DNA of 62,669 bases, counting the filler, from Octopus bimaculoides (taxonomy: Eukaryota): assembly GCF_001194135.2 (NCBI RefSeq). It is 7 parts of 6 records of this genome, joined end to end, with 100 filler letters (N's around TTAATTAATTAA, not from the genome) between each part and the next. Parts side by side here need not be neighbours in the genome. Positions count along the whole stretch, not along the records: positions 60,653 to 62,669 come from NC_068982.1; 6 more parts are not named here. One strand, written 5' to 3'. Shown here piece after piece: positions 60,965-62,669 of the stretch (within the stretch, counting starts at the first letter, position 1; each line of letters opens with the position of its first letter). The notes below the pieces were generated by a model. That model was not told the origin of the DNA. It saw only the letters and a program-made list of their open reading frames with translations, and ran no database searches. The translations under genes and the position numbers were made by a program.

Positions 60965-61073
60965 AAGTTATTCCGTCAGAAGTTACAGAGTTACAAAGGA
61001 CAAATTCGTGTTTGATAAGCGCCAATACATGAAACTCTCAGCTTTTGACTTACTCTCTATCTTCTGCCGATGA
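60965..61073 (+). CDS. Candidate terminal exon after the micro-exon (phase 2)
   Basis: TTTTGTATTTTAG| acceptor; R-SYSVRSYRVTKDKFVFDKRQYMKLSAFDLLSIFCR*; crosses a scaffold linker, so tentative. Confidence 0.4.
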
Positions 61074-62003
61074 TATATATACATATTACATATATGTGTA
61101 AAAAAATCTTATTACGAAATCGAACCGATGAAAGAGCCCCTACCTGGTCGCTCGACACGCCAAAAATAGCAGCCAAAGTATCTCCCTACCTAAATCACAC
61201 GCCCATTGCATGTAATGTCCTAGATTATCCCTAAAAAGACGGTTTGCTGAAGGCTGGAATGTCTTTGATGATATGTTTGCAGTATCACAATTTATTTAAG
61301 GTTAAATAACAACAGTATGGTCAATTTCTATATTAACACCAGCACGATTTTCACTAAGGAAAAAAATCTTGATTTTTTACGTGGAATCAAGTACCCTGAC
61401 CTCCTAATATGCTGCAAATCCCTTATTTTGGTTCGGAAAAAAATGAGGAATCATTGGATTTTATTTTTCGTTGAATGAATTCCTGTGACCTCCTAATATT
61501 GCAAAATTCGGTTACTTAAGGTGAGCCTGGTAACTGATGGCTTTGGGGTCTTGTTTGTAACTTTTGGTGAGCTATGGTGCAACCAACAACATGGTAAATA
61601 TCCCTGCCATTAATTTGGTGTGGATGGGTAATATCAAATAATTCAATCACAACATATATTTAAATTAAACACGAAAAAAATCGGAATATTATCATCACTT
61701 ACATGGAAAAATTGAAATAGTATCTTTCAGTATTTTTTATAAGGTAAAATCTTAAATTATTAATTGACACATTATTAATTATCTTATAACAGCAATGCCT
61801 GGAAAAATCATGGATTACATGGAAAAATGCGAGCATGGAAAGTCATATTCAAGATTGCAAACCTGGAAAAGTACAGGACAAGTTATTACACCTGTAGAAG
61901 TATAGGACAAGCTATTACTTCTAGTAAAGTAAAGAATAAGAAACTTTTTACTTAAAATACTGCAGCTAAAATTAAAATTTGAATATTAAAACATTTTGTT
62001 ATA

Positions 62004-62636
62004 CAGACTGTCCTCAATTAAGGACCGAGTTACGTTCCAACAGCCCCGACGTTAAGAAAATTCGTCGTTAAACGAATATTCATAGGTACGTATTTTTTAA
62101 TAGGTATAGTGTACTGTACGTACATATGAAAACAAAATACCGTACTGTATAAAGTATTTGCAGTACAGGGCCAAGAATCATGAACATAAATTGTTGAAAA
62201 ATGAATAAGTAACAGTAAGATTATCACAAGGAAAACCTTAAAAGTTAGGACATGGATACTGTATTATTGTAGCACAGACATCGTAAGTATGTTTGTGATT
62301 TCAGGCCCAGTACTTAAGATTCCTAATAAACATTTCTCAAAGGTGAAAAGGTTTAAAGGAAACTCAAAATAATAATTTTGTTTTACTTTGGATAAAGATT
62401 ACAAAAGCAACTCATTCTTGACATCAAAATGCATGAAAAATCCCGTCAGCTTTTTACCACACAGTCCCGTCAGTGTTGTTTGCTTCGTTAACTTATATTT
62501 TTCGCCATAAATTTCTCGATGACATCGGAAAAGTTCAGTTGTCTGCCGTTCGAACTTGGAAAATCGCTCAAAATTTGGATCCATCGCATCAAGTTCTAGC
62601 ATAGAAACAATTAATCTTCGAGAAAACACTCGCAAA
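62004..62636 (-). mobile_element. Tigger/pogo-type transposon 3' end
   Basis: TA|CAGACTGTCCTCAATTAAGGACCG is a Tigger-like TIR; ELDAMDPNFERFSKFER...CHREIYGEK...QTTL..FF matches the Tigger C-terminus. Confidence 0.78.
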
Positions 62637-62669
62637 TCGTTCGTTCGTTCGTTCGTTCGTTCGTTCGTT
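62637..62669. repeat. (TTCG)n microsatellite
   Basis: Visible at the window end. Confidence 0.95.

Overview
Eukaryotic (animal) genomic DNA: AT-rich, saturated with microsatellites, with many N-gaps. The SINE families, DNA transposons and SSR density resemble an Octopus draft assembly (inference from pattern recall; no database search was run). There are no operons, rRNA, genuine tRNA genes or CRISPR arrays, and almost all ORF-track entries are artefacts of simple repeats or gaps. One host gene is well supported on the + strand: a single-pass Ig-superfamily membrane protein with an Ig exon (52034-52354), a TM exon (55196-55303) and a 25-nt cytoplasmic micro-exon (57515-57539). It has a candidate promoter and in-frame first exon at 46090-46229 and uncertain 3' exons. 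The remainder is transposon debris: three tRNA-derived SINE families, an R4/Dong-type RLE LINE, an internally deleted CR1-like LINE, Penelope-like fragments, mariner, maT (DD37D) and Tigger remnants, and TA- and TTAA-flanked MITEs. Most interesting: (i) a ~3-kb foldback-like palindrome built from a 33-bp unit (41740-44648, centre ~43517) whose units often carry an MRE-like TGCACAC core; (ii) a tRNA-headed SINE whose 3' part reads as a Penelope-type minimal hammerhead ribozyme; (iii) inverted SINEs tightly bracketing the Ig exon; (iv) decayed minus-strand coding-like segments, one with TIR-domain-like motifs in the correct order. Six N44-TTAATTAATTAA-N44 blocks are artificial scaffold linkers, so long-range adjacency across them is uncertain.
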